A stretch of DNA of 64,000 nt, from the NCBI GenBank assembly GCA_000092065.1, contig CP000588.1. The stretch is one strand, 5' to 3'. The position numbers and the translations under genes are program-made. The first letter of the stretch is position 1. Each line of letters begins with the position of its first letter. The notes below the pieces were generated by a model that saw only the letters and a list, made by a program, of their open reading frames with translations, ran no database searches and was not told where the DNA came from. This stretch comes from Ostreococcus lucimarinus (Eukaryota). Positions 39,551 to 48,919 of the stretch are shown piece by piece.

Positions 39551-40375
39551 TTAGTTAAGGCCATCGACGAATGCACAGACGGTGGATTTCAGCTCGGGAA
39601 TCACCGGATCTTTACCGACGTAACAGTCGAAGAGCGCGCGACAGAGCGAGGCGTCGGCGATGACGCTCACGCGTTTACCCTTGATGAACGTCGCGAGCTC
39701 ACCCTCGAACGTGGCGTGAAAATCCAACGAAGTCCCCTTTTTAAAACTCACACCATCGAAAATCGCCTCAAACGCCCTCAACGCCGGCGAATCGGCGTCC
39801 ATCGCCGGTCGTATGCGTTCCGCGAGTGCCTCGACGATTTTATCGCCGCCGACGTTTCGCGCGAAAACCAATCGCACCAAGCGTTCGTACGACGCCGCAT
39901 CACCATCGCGCGCACCATCGACGTCAACATAAAATCCGCACGCGTACACTTTTACGCTCAACCCTGCGATGCGTTTCACGCGGGCGCCGCGTCCCGCGAG
40001 CGCGAGCGCTTTATCGCCCGGCGTCATCGCCGCCGGCACCTTCAGCCCCGTCCTCGGCTCCGTCACCATCGCCGTCGCTTCGCTCGATGGCGTCGAACCC
40101 GCATCGCTCGGCGCGGACGTCGACGCCAGTCCCGGTCGCGCGCGCGTCGGTCGTCGTCGTCGTCGTCGTTCGGCCGACCTCGGGCGCTCGACACCGTCGA
40201 CACCATCGGCGGCATCGGCGCGCGTCCACGCGCGTCCGTCCCCGCTCGGCGCGCGCGTCGACGCGGGCGACATCTGTTCGCGCTCCGGTCGCGCGCGCGT
40301 CGTCGCGCGCGTCGCCGCGGCGCCGCGCTCTGGCGCGCGCGCGGTGCGGTCGGTCGCGCCCATGGTCTCACTCAT
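39551..40375 (-). CDS. Chalcone-isomerase-fold protein (CHI-like / fatty-acid-binding-protein-like), probable organellar presequence
   Basis: 'GLKVPAAMTPGDKALALAGRGARVKRIAGLSVKVYACGFYVD' matches the CHI-fold core (G..L.L.G.G.R......VKvYA.G.Y). Arg/Ala/Thr-rich N-terminal ~100 aa. Confidence 0.65.
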   Translation of the reverse strand: MSETMGATDRTARAPERGAAATRATTRARPEREQMSPASTRAPSGDGRAWTRADAADGVDGVERPRSAERRRRRRPTRARPGLASTSAPSDAGSTPSSEATAMVTEPRTGLKVPAAMTPGDKALALAGRGARVKRIAGLSVKVYACGFYVDVDGARDGDAASYERLVRLVFARNVGGDKIVEALAERIRPAMDADSPALRAFEAIFDGVSFKKGTSLDFHATFEGELATFIKGKRVSVIADASLCRALFDCYVGKDPVIPELKSTVCAFVDGLN

Positions 40376-40542
40376 GAATCATACGATTCATATTGTGATC
40401 GCCGCTGATCTGTCATGAAGTCTTCGTTTGTCCGAACTAAAACTCGACGCCGCGTCGGTTTTTAGTTCGATGCGCGAGCTCGCGCGCCTCGACCGCCGCG
40501 TCCGCCTCTTCGCGACGCGCCGACCGACGCACGCACGCAACC

Positions 40543-40604
40543 ATGGGACACAACGATATCTGGGCCTCTCACCCGGCCAACTACGGCAAGGGTTCTCGAC
40601 GATG
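40543..40604 (+). CDS. RPS29: 40S ribosomal protein S29 (uS14), exon 1
   Basis: 'MGHNDIWASHPANYGKGSRR' matches the RPS29 N-terminus '[20 protein letters not shown]'. Ends with split codon 'tg' followed by 'gtacgc' donor. Confidence 0.85.
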
Positions 40605-40893
40605 GTACGCGCGACGACGACGCGAACGCGACGCGCGCGATGGGACGACGACGCGATCGCGGGGCGAGACGACGACGACGGTCGCCGCGCGCGCGCGCGA
40701 TGCGACGGCGCGAGACGACGGCGAAGGGTGACTGGGTATTCGTGGCTTCGCGCGCGAGGACGATGATGCGCGGGAGGGCGATGCGTGGGACGTGGGACGG
40801 CGCGCGAAGAGAACCCTTGCCGACCCTAGGGCTTTGAGCCCGAGCGAGCGCGAGCGAGCGACTGACCGAGGTATTGTTTTACGATGAACGCAG
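40605..40893 (+). other. Spliceosomal GT-AG intron (289 nt, GC-rich) in RPS29, phase 2
   Basis: Donor 'GTACGC' at 40605. Pyrimidine-rich 'gtattgttttacgatgaacgCAG' acceptor ends at 40893. Splicing yields a perfect 56-aa RPS29 '[56 protein letters not shown]' with the C-x2-C...C-x2-C zinc knuckle intact. Confidence 0.8.
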
Positions 40894-41002
40894 CCGCGTG
40901 TGCGAAAACCAGTGGGCGATCATTCGCAAGTACGACTTGAACATCTGCCGTCAGTGCTTCCGGGAATACGCGAAGGACATCGGTTTCGTTAAGAACAACT
41001 AA
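40894..41002 (+). CDS. RPS29: 40S ribosomal protein S29 (uS14), exon 2
   Basis: '(C)[35 protein letters not shown]' matches RPS29 '[36 protein letters not shown]'. Confidence 0.85.
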
Positions 41003-41127
41003 TGTTCAAAGTGAAGACGACGCGCGCGGGTTGACGCGCCGATTAGCTAGCGGAGAGTAGACGAGGATCGTATGTGTTGTGAATGTCGATACGACCAGTT
41101 ACTTAATACAGTGTGCGAACCTACCTA

Positions 41128-44100
41128 TCAGCCGCTCAATTTTTTGCCGCTACGCGTATGACGGGGAGACGGGTCGCGCAAGAGTTTGCGTTGATCCTCT
41201 ACGTCGGACGCGAGTCTTTTTATCGCGTTTAATCGCTTGAGCTTTTTCGGCGGACCCATGACGACATCGTCTTCTCGCACTTTTTCGGCGGCTTCCCCTT
41301 CGCCGGCGGGCTCGTCGTCCTCGCTCGGCTCCGCCATTTCTTCGTCTGCGACGTCGGCGGGCTCGTCTTCTTCGCTCGCCGTCGGAGCAGGCAAACGTCG
41401 CGGCGGCGCGTCATCATCCGCGCGCATGAAACCGAAGTTATCCAGTGTTTCGTGGGTGCGCCTGACTTCTTCCATCGACTCTTCGTCGTCTACCAAGGCG
41501 CCCGTGCGCGAGAGGAGCGTGTCGACTAAAAAAGTTCCGCGATACAGACGCTCGAGACGCGAGCGATGACGCTCGGTGTACGCCCGACACGCTCTAGTGA
41601 TTTGAGAAATCTCCGGAACCTTGCTCAGTTCCTCCATGGTGTGTGTGCGGAAGATGGCGGCGAGAACGTGTTGCGCGACGTGGCACGTGCGTCCGTTTGT
41701 GTTCCACTCGCGCACGCACTTGAGCACTCGCGCGAGCTTGTCTTCGTGCAACGGCTCGACGCATTTCCGGAGTCTGGCGTCGCCATTTTCGTAGTCACTC
41801 TCCAGAAGTTTCGTCAAAACACGAAGAAGTGCACCAGGGCGCTCGAGTCTGAGCGCTAAATCGATCGCCTTCGTGACTTCGCCCGAGCGCTCGGCGTTGA
41901 AGAATGCTTGCTCGCGTTCGACGGCGAGGGCGTGCTTCTTCGCCGCATCGGCGGTGGTGCTCGACGTGGAGTCCTTCCACAGCGCCATGGACGCGTCGGT
42001 GCCCCCAGTGGCGATCCAATCGCCATCGCTTGCCACGGCCAGCGCCCAAGCTTTGTCTTCGTGCGCATCGATGGATGCGGCGCAAGACCCAGAGGTGACG
42101 TTCCATAAATTCAACAGCCCGTCGCCACCCGTGGTGACAAGCTGGGTACCTCGAGACATAAATTTAATGCTCAACACCGCTGCGGTATGACCTTCGAGCG
42201 TGCGCAAGCAAGCACCGTTGGTGTCGCTCCCAGCACGGTCATCGGCGCTCCAAATCTTCACCATCTTGTCGCCGCCCGCGGTGGCGAGTACGCGATCCGA
42301 AGGAGAAAACGCGCACGCCCAAACTCCACGACGATGGCCGCGTAGCGTGGCCAACGGAACTAAATCGGGCATTTTCCAAATCTTCGCCGTCTTATCGCTC
42401 GAACACGTGGCAACCATGCGGAGGTGCGGCGCAACGGCAACGCCGTTGAGGGACTTGTCGTGCGCCACTGTGGCCGCCGTAGCGTTCAATTCGCCGTCGC
42501 CATTTCGCCGAACTCCATCTATGTCCCATACGCGAAGCACGCGGTCGACGCCACCCGAAATGGCAAACGGTGCGCCATTTTTCGAGTTCGGGGGAAACGC
42601 TACCGCGGCAACTGCGCCGACATGGCCTTCGCCGACGGCGATGCACTCTCGCGTGGCGGCGTCCCACAGTCGTACCGTGTGATCCTTTGCGCCCGTCAAA
42701 ATGAGCGCTGTCCCGTCCGTCGTCATCGTGGCATCAACCGAGAGCACAACGGCGCTGTGACCGTTCAAAGATCCGACACATGACATCGTCGTCGGATCAA
42801 ACATACGTACCGTGGGCGAGTTGGTGACCACGGCTACTTCTCTCGGCGGTCTCGCGAGCGTTCGCTCGTCTTCATTCTCGTTCTCGTCGCTATCGCCATC
42901 GATGTTTCGCTTCTTTTGAAGTGCTTGCTCTTTCGCACCGGGTACGAACGCCAAACCGATCACTTCATCCGTATTCGCAACAATTTCGCGTTCAATCTCC
43001 AACGACGTCGTCTCTGCGTTGGCCTGGTACGTCAACAAACGCGCGTCGCCGCTCACGCCAATCAAACGGTTCCCATCGTGTGTGAGCGCACACTTCGTGA
43101 ACGTTCCCGCGGCGGCTTCAAAATCTTCGTCATTATCATCGCCTCCTTTGGTGAGCGTATTTACCGCTACGAGAGGTGCGGACTCGATCGAATGCTTCGC
43201 CGCGTTCTCGCGCCAAACTCGAACGCGTCCGCCGTCGCCGACGACGGCGAAAATGACTCCGCGCCCGCCCGGCGGCGGCTTCACCTTGCAGTCGCGAACG
43301 ATGGCTGAATCCGGACGTAAAATCACGCAATCCTCGATCGTTTCGTGAACCGCCGTCGTCGTTCGCGGATTGAGCGTGTCTAAATCAAACGTTCGAACTA
43401 TTTTGTCCCGCCCCGCGGTGAGCAACGTGTTCGATTCGACGTCGATTCGAATCGACGTCACCGCACTCACGTGCGCGTTCGCCACGAACGCGACGCAGCC
43501 ATCGGATGAGGCCTTCTTACCCTTCTTCCCGACGCCCGCCTCGCCCGTGAGCGACCACATCGCGAGCGACCCATCCTCCGCCGCGGTGAACGCTCTCGCC
43601 TCTCTAACGCTCGGATGAAACGCCGTCGCCGTCACCGCCCCTCCGTGCTTCCCGCGAAACGCGTGCGTGCAGTACCCTCGTTCGATGTCCCACACTCGCG
43701 CCGTTCGATCGGCGCTCCCCGTGCACAACAGCGTCCCCGTGACGTCCACGCACATGTCCAACACCGGCGACGTCTTGTGCGGCGACCACGCCTTCGTCCT
43801 CCGCATCGTCGTCCCCCCCCTCCCATCCTCCATCGCGTCCAACCGCACGACGCGTCCGCTCCGACTCGCGCAAAACACCTTCGTCCCGCTTCGATCCATC
43901 GCGATCGACGTCATCGCCTCCCCATCGCCCTCGTCCCGCGCGAGCGCCGTCGTCGTCGACGTCGTCGCCGCGTCGCCTCGCCGCGTCGTCGACCGCGTCA
44001 GCGACACCCCTCCCTCGCGCGTCGCGCACGCGTACACCACCTCATCCGCGCGCGTCTCCCGTCGCGCCGCGCGCGCCTTCGGCGCGCGCGTCTCGCGTCC

Positions 44101-44265
44101 GTCGCCGTCGCCGTCGTTCGTCCCGTCGCCGTCGCCGCCGCCGTCCCGCGCCGGCGTCGCGATCGCCATCGGCGCGCCGCGTCCGACGTAGAACGCGCCC
44201 AACCGCGAGGACGCCGCGACGGACGTCCGCGCGCGCGCTCGGCGCTCGCGAGACGTCGTCGCCAT
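41128..44265 (-). CDS. UTP13: U3 snoRNP / SSU processome WD40 protein UTP13 (TBL3)
   Basis: More than 10 WD40 repeats (e.g. 'GSADRTARVWD', 'GAKDHTVRLWD', 'CSSDKTAKIWK', 'AGGDKMVKIWS') followed by the Utp13 C-terminal domain 'AIDLALRLERPGALLRVLTKLL...LKCVREWNTNGRTCHVAQHVLAAIF'. Start set at 'MATTSRERRA' (44265) because the first ATG of the ORF (44382) lies inside the tandem repeat at 44341..44625. Confidence 0.8.
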   Translation of the reverse strand: MATTSRERRARARTSVAASSRLGAFYVGRGAPMAIATPARDGGGDGDGTNDGDGDGRETRAPKARAARRETRADEVVYACATREGGVSLTRSTTRRGDAATTSTTTALARDEGDGEAMTSIAMDRSGTKVFCASRSGRVVRLDAMEDGRGGTTMRRTKAWSPHKTSPVLDMCVDVTGTLLCTGSADRTARVWDIERGYCTHAFRGKHGGAVTATAFHPSVREARAFTAAEDGSLAMWSLTGEAGVGKKGKKASSDGCVAFVANAHVSAVTSIRIDVESNTLLTAGRDKIVRTFDLDTLNPRTTTAVHETIEDCVILRPDSAIVRDCKVKPPPGGRGVIFAVVGDGGRVRVWRENAAKHSIESAPLVAVNTLTKGGDDNDEDFEAAAGTFTKCALTHDGNRLIGVSGDARLLTYQANAETTSLEIEREIVANTDEVIGLAFVPGAKEQALQKKRNIDGDSDENENEDERTLARPPREVAVVTNSPTVRMFDPTTMSCVGSLNGHSAVVLSVDATMTTDGTALILTGAKDHTVRLWDAATRECIAVGEGHVGAVAAVAFPPNSKNGAPFAISGGVDRVLRVWDIDGVRRNGDGELNATAATVAHDKSLNGVAVAPHLRMVATCSSDKTAKIWKMPDLVPLATLRGHRRGVWACAFSPSDRVLATAGGDKMVKIWSADDRAGSDTNGACLRTLEGHTAAVLSIKFMSRGTQLVTTGGDGLLNLWNVTSGSCAASIDAHEDKAWALAVASDGDWIATGGTDASMALWKDSTSSTTADAAKKHALAVEREQAFFNAERSGEVTKAIDLALRLERPGALLRVLTKLLESDYENGDARLRKCVEPLHEDKLARVLKCVREWNTNGRTCHVAQHVLAAIFRTHTMEELSKVPEISQITRACRAYTERHRSRLERLYRGTFLVDTLLSRTGALVDDEESMEEVRRTHETLDNFGFMRADDDAPPRRLPAPTASEEDEPADVADEEMAEPSEDDEPAGEGEAAEKVREDDVVMGPPKKLKRLNAIKRLASDVEDQRKLLRDPSPRHTRSGKKLSG

Positions 44266-44340
44266 CGTCGCCGTCGCCGTCGTCGTCGTCGCGCTCTGCG
44301 TCGGACGCGCGGTCGTTCTCGCGTTTTCACGCGCGTTTTC

Positions 44341-44625
44341 GCGTTTTACTGGTGGCGTGTCACTCGTTTTATCGTACACCACGTCTCGTGATCACCATGA
44401 TTGAAACGGGACCCCGCGATCGATCGCTTACTGTTTGCGCACGCGGTCGGTACGCGGTCGGTACGCGGTCGGTCGCGCGTGTTCGCGCGCGCGTGCGTTT
44501 TACTGGTGGCGTGTCACTCGTTTGAATCGTACACCACGTCTCGTGATCACCATGATTGGAACGGGTCCCCGCGATCGATCGCTGACTGTTTGCGCACACG
44601 GTCGCGCACGCGGTCGGTCGGTCGG
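44341..44625. repeat. Tandem direct duplication (~154 bp period, two copies ~95% identical) with embedded (CGGT)n tracts
   Basis: Copy 1 (from 44341) is 'gcgttttactggtggcgtgtcactcgttttatcgtacaccacgtctcgtgatcaccatgattgaaacgggaccccgcgatcgatcgcttactgtttgcgcacgcggtcgg'. Copy 2 (from 44495) is 'gcgttttactggtggcgtgtcactcgtttgaatcgtacaccacgtctcgtgatcaccatgattggaacgggtccccgcgatcgatcgctgactgtttgcgcacacggtcg', followed by 'cggtcggtcggtcggtcg'. Confidence 0.85.
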
Positions 44626-44748
44626 TCGTCGCGAGCCGATCCGCGAGAGAATTCTTTGAATTAATTCGAATGGGAACGATTCGGCGTTCGATCGTCGACG
44701 CGCGCCGCACGGCGCGACGCGCGAGCGCACGGTGCGCTCTACCACGCG

Positions 44749-46725
44749 GTGCGAACGCCCGCGCGCGCGAACGACGGTTTACGCGACGGGACGCGCGCGA
44801 TGGCGGCGGTGATGCGGTGCGCGATGCCGACGCGCGATCGCGCGGGCGCGCGAACACGCGCGGGGATTCGCGCGCGACGCGACGGCGGCGCGGCGATGCG
44901 GGCGGCGCGCGTCGCGGGAGGGGCGCGAGGGGAGACAGCGCGCGCGATCGGGGCGCACGGCGCGATCGGGGCGATCGGGGGGGTGGGCGGGACGGCGGCG
45001 CGCGGGACGGCGCGAGGGGCGCGAGGGCGAGCGGCGAGCGACGCGGCGAGCGCGGGATCGTCGTATTGGAGCGAGGAGACGTCGAGGGAGACGGAAACGG
45101 TCGTGGAGACGACGACGGGGGGGGTGAAGGCGACGATGACGTTCGCGGCGACGGAGGAGGAGGAGGAGGACGAGGGCGCGGGCGCGGGGAAGCGAGCGCT
45201 CGGTTTGGCGGCGTTCGCCGCGGTCGTCGCGGCGTTTGCGTACAGCGATGTCAGCGCGAGCTTTCCGTTTTTAGCGCCGGCGCAGACGCTGGCGAGAGCG
45301 TTGGTCGATATGGTGGCGGCGGGGGTTGATTATTTCGTCGACGTTACGCTCGACGCGTACGACGCCGCCATTTTGGGATGCATCAACGTGTTCTCTTGGT
45401 TTCAATCGTTCCTGCTGACGCCGGGTGGAGTGATCGAGAACGGTGCGAAGGCGTCGTCGGCCGTCATGGCCGATCCGAGCACGTTCGTGTCCAAGGCGGT
45501 TGGCTTGTTGTGCGCCAAGCCGTTCATGTCAATCGCGGCGGTGTTGTTGACGCTGTCTCGAGTCGTCGCGTCGTGGACGTTTGCCGCGGCTGAGTACGCG
45601 TGCGCGCTTTTGTACGCTATGCCGGTTTACGTCTTCACGCCGACGGCGGTTTTGGCGTACTTGTACTTCAAGAAGCGGTCCATCGAAAAGGTTGAGATCG
45701 AGAAGGTGAAGTCGACCAGGAAGATGGCCAAGGCGAAAGCCAAAGCGGCGACCATCGTGTCCACTGGCTCCGCCACGGGAGCGAGTGCGAAGTGGGCCGA
45801 GCGCCTCGCCGCGGGAACGACGAGCCTTGAATCGTTCACGGCATCGGCGACGCGCTCGTCTGACGTGACTGTCATCGATTCGTCGAGCGACTTTTCGTAT
45901 TCGAGCTCGAGCTCGTACGCGAACGACGCCTCGTCCACGCCCATCGTGGCCACACCGGTCAACTACGATTCTTACTCTAGCAGCTCGTCGAGCGCGAGCG
46001 CGAGCGCGAGCTTGTCAGGTTTCACCGGTGTGTACGATTTCGAGGAATCGTATGCCAATCGCGAGGCGTTGATGGGTGGCTACAACATCGATCAGGCGGA
46101 AGTCGAGCGTCTCTACGCCGAGTTGATGCCGAAGGATGCCGGTATTCCGCTTCCGACCTTGACGGTGACTGAAAAGGTCGATGACACGGCTGAAACGAAG
46201 TTCATGGAACAGGCGAGCAGCGTGGCCACGGCGACGAAGGAGGAAGTGAAATCGACCTCGAGCGCGGCGGCGGCCAAGGCGGTGGACACGAAGACCGAAG
46301 CGGTAGTGAAGGCTGAGGTGAAGCCGACGCCGGTCACGCCGGTGAAGACATCTTCCTCGTCTTCGACGTCGACGACGACGACTTCGACGACTTCGACGTC
46401 GACGGCGAGCGCGAGCGGCACGAAGGAAGTGAAAAAGGGTGGTAGCAAGGAGGCGTTCCTGGGTTTCGTCGACAAGGTGAGCTCGATTAAACCAGAGGAC
46501 GTCACGAAGGTTGTGACGGAGACCGCGAAGGTCGTGACGTCTAAAGAGAGCTTGGATCTGGCGGCGAAACTGGCGAGTGAAGCCGCTAACAAGGTGCAGT
46601 CGTCGATCAAGAGCGTCGACGAAGACGCGGAATCCAAGTCGACGACGCTTCCAGGTGGTACGCGCAAAGTCTCGTCGCAAGACGACGACTTGAGCGAAGG
46701 TACGATGATCAAGAAGAAAAAGTAA
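44749..46725 (+). CDS. Hypothetical Ser/Thr/Ala-rich membrane protein (orphan; 3-4 predicted TM helices, low-complexity C-terminal half)
   Basis: Long GC3-rich ORF with hydrophobic segments ('LGLAAFAAVVAAFAYSDV', 'FMSIAAVLLTLSRVVASWTFAAAEYACALLYAMPVYVF'), then 'SSSSSYANDASS', 'SSSSSASASAS', '[23 protein letters not shown]' tracts and a lysine-rich C-terminus. No known domain recognised. The start could be an internal ATG. Confidence 0.4.
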   Translation: MRTPARANDGLRDGTRAMAAVMRCAMPTRDRAGARTRAGIRARRDGGAAMRAARVAGGARGETARAIGAHGAIGAIGGVGGTAARGTARGARGRAASDAASAGSSYWSEETSRETETVVETTTGGVKATMTFAATEEEEEDEGAGAGKRALGLAAFAAVVAAFAYSDVSASFPFLAPAQTLARALVDMVAAGVDYFVDVTLDAYDAAILGCINVFSWFQSFLLTPGGVIENGAKASSAVMADPSTFVSKAVGLLCAKPFMSIAAVLLTLSRVVASWTFAAAEYACALLYAMPVYVFTPTAVLAYLYFKKRSIEKVEIEKVKSTRKMAKAKAKAATIVSTGSATGASAKWAERLAAGTTSLESFTASATRSSDVTVIDSSSDFSYSSSSSYANDASSTPIVATPVNYDSYSSSSSSASASASLSGFTGVYDFEESYANREALMGGYNIDQAEVERLYAELMPKDAGIPLPTLTVTEKVDDTAETKFMEQASSVATATKEEVKSTSSAAAAKAVDTKTEAVVKAEVKPTPVTPVKTSSSSSTSTTTTSTTSTSTASASGTKEVKKGGSKEAFLGFVDKVSSIKPEDVTKVVTETAKVVTSKESLDLAAKLASEAANKVQSSIKSVDEDAESKSTTLPGGTRKVSSQDDDLSEGTMIKKKK

Positions 46726-46781
46726 ACGCGATTGCCTAGCTAACTCTCACTAAGTGCTATAACATATACCGCTATGAATGA

Positions 46782-48896
46782 CTATTTCCTAAGCTTCGCA
46801 ACGACACGCAAAGACGCGGCGAGCTTCGCCACATCTTCAGACTTGGCCGAAAATTGAAGCGTCAAACCGTCGCACACGCCAGGCATCGCGAACACGACTT
46901 CACCTGACTTCTTTCGCAAGCACAAGATGACGCGTCCTGGTGCGATGCGCATCGCTCGTTTGCGCGTTTGCTCCGATAGTTCGTCCAAACTAATCGCCGA
47001 ACCGGACATCGTGAGAAGCGCATCCAGCTCCGTCGGCAGGCACGTCAGCCAATGCGAGGGAAGCTTTTCGTCGAGCAAGCTCCGAAGCGCGTCGACGCCA
47101 TCAATGGTGAGATTCAAGTCTTCTGTCTGGTCTTCCCACGTCGTGACAGCGTTATCGTCCCAAAAATCACCGTCGGAGGGTTCGAAGAGCACGACGCCGC
47201 CTCGCGCGAGTCGGACGCTTTCGGAGCACGTTCGATCCAAAATCGCGCTCGCCGTGACGCTCCCTACGTAAATTCGCCGACGAGAGGGATCGATGGAACA
47301 GAACGCTTTTGCACCGCAATAGCGTTCGCGAAGTGTCTTCGCGAGAGATTTGGACACACGATGCGCCGGAACGAGTCGATCGAGCGCGGCGTCTTTGTCC
47401 TCCGTCAAAGGTTTCGGCGGCGGTTTGCCAGCGGCCGCGGATGCGTCGCATCTCGCCACGAGTTCGCTTTCCACGAGCGCTGCGAACGCGCGACGAGTGC
47501 GCTCATCGTTCTTCCTTTTCAACTTTGCGACGAAAAATCCACCAGTGTTGTCATCGTGTGGCAAAAATCGCGCGCATAGCTCGAGCCTGAGCGCCTCTGC
47601 GTGAGCCGGCGCATCGAGCGGCCACATCGTCTTGACAAACTCGCTCGAGCTTTTACGAACGGCGTCGTCGAAACTGGCGAACCATTGAATCGAGACGTCC
47701 TCATCTTCGCTCGAAGCGTTGATGTGCTCGCCCACTTTCCACGAATACATCCCAGGCCGACCTTTCAGCGGTAAATCGAGCTCTTCGAGCTCGAGCGACA
47801 AATCTTGATCCATCAAAAGAGTCTGTACGACAGCCTCGTCCTCGATCGGGTTGAACGTGCACGTGGAGTACACCATGCTACCGCCGGGCTTGAGTAGTTG
47901 CGCGCACCGTCGCGCGACGGCGAGCTGCGTGGAATGAAGCGCGTTGCCTATTCCCGGATGCCAACGCACCAAGGCATCCGCATCCTTACGAATCGTTCCG
48001 TCGCCGCTGCACGGCACGTCCGCCAAGACGTGCGTGTATCCACCAATCGCGAGCAAAGCCGCGCGTCGCTTCGCATCGTCGTCCATGCCACAGATATTTT
48101 TCAGCGCGCGCTTTAGATCGCCTCCAGACACGAACAACGGAAAGTGTAAGTCCTGTCCAAACGATCGCGTCACGAAGAGCCCGGCGCGTTCGCAACCCGC
48201 CCGCGCGTGCCGATCGATCGCGTCGAGCAGCGTCCCTACTCTTCCGGGATGCGCATCGTTCGCGTGAACCACGCCCTCGCCTCCACTCGCGCCGTATCGC
48301 GCGCACTCGAGCAACTGCATCGTCTTTTGCCCCGGCGCGGCGCACACGTCCAAACATCTCGCCCCCGACGTCGCGCCGAGCGCGCGCACCGGCAGCGTGC
48401 TCACCACCTCCTGCCTCGACCCGAGCCCTCTGCTCGTGCCGAACGCAAACACATCTCCCACGTGTTCCGGCACCACCGGTCGGCCTCGCCTGTGCGTTCC
48501 CGTCGGATTCGCCGCTTCGTACACGCCGTGCGTCTCCTCCGCGTCGCCCCAGTCCCGCAGCGCCTCCAGCGCCTTCACGAGCGCCCTCTTCGCCGCGTCG
48601 CCCTCCCGCGCGCCGTGCACGCGGTACGTCGCCGGCAGCGGCGTCGCCAGCGCCTCCCACAGCGCCGCCGCGTCCACCGCGTCGCGCGTCACGCCCTGCG
48701 CGTCGTAATACCTTCGAAACAGCGTCTCCCCGCACGAAAACTTCCTGTGCGCGATCGCCGTCGCGCGATCGCGCGCGCCCGATCCGACCGCGCGCCGCAG
48801 CGCGTTGCGCCCGTCGTCGTCGCCGCGCGCGCGCTTCATCGCTCGCGTCGTCGCGCGTCGCGTCCCATCGCCGCGCTCTGCGGAGGTTTTCGCCAC
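46782..48896 (-). CDS. NSUN2: tRNA (cytosine-5)-methyltransferase NSUN2/Trm4 (NOL1/NOP2/Sun family)
   Basis: '[16 protein letters not shown]' (SAM site), '[15 protein letters not shown]' (motif IV, catalytic Cys), '[20 protein letters not shown]' (motif VI, Cys). N-terminal '[21 protein letters not shown]' is Trm4-like. Confidence 0.85.
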   Translation of the reverse strand: MAKTSAERGDGTRRATTRAMKRARGDDDGRNALRRAVGSGARDRATAIAHRKFSCGETLFRRYYDAQGVTRDAVDAAALWEALATPLPATYRVHGAREGDAAKRALVKALEALRDWGDAEETHGVYEAANPTGTHRRGRPVVPEHVGDVFAFGTSRGLGSRQEVVSTLPVRALGATSGARCLDVCAAPGQKTMQLLECARYGASGGEGVVHANDAHPGRVGTLLDAIDRHARAGCERAGLFVTRSFGQDLHFPLFVSGGDLKRALKNICGMDDDAKRRAALLAIGGYTHVLADVPCSGDGTIRKDADALVRWHPGIGNALHSTQLAVARRCAQLLKPGGSMVYSTCTFNPIEDEAVVQTLLMDQDLSLELEELDLPLKGRPGMYSWKVGEHINASSEDEDVSIQWFASFDDAVRKSSSEFVKTMWPLDAPAHAEALRLELCARFLPHDDNTGGFFVAKLKRKNDERTRRAFAALVESELVARCDASAAAGKPPPKPLTEDKDAALDRLVPAHRVSKSLAKTLRERYCGAKAFCSIDPSRRRIYVGSVTASAILDRTCSESVRLARGGVVLFEPSDGDFWDDNAVTTWEDQTEDLNLTIDGVDALRSLLDEKLPSHWLTCLPTELDALLTMSGSAISLDELSEQTRKRAMRIAPGRVILCLRKKSGEVVFAMPGVCDGLTLQFSAKSEDVAKLAASLRVVAKLRK

Positions 48897-48919
48897 TCGA
48901 CGGCGCGACGGCGCGCGGG

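Noticed and set aside
39542-40418. Several + strand ORFs (288 aa, 183 aa, 149 aa) over the CHI-like gene
   Set aside because: Antisense or alternate-frame to the CHI-fold protein, Arg/Ser/Pro-rich, no motifs. The CHI-like reading frame carries the conserved core.
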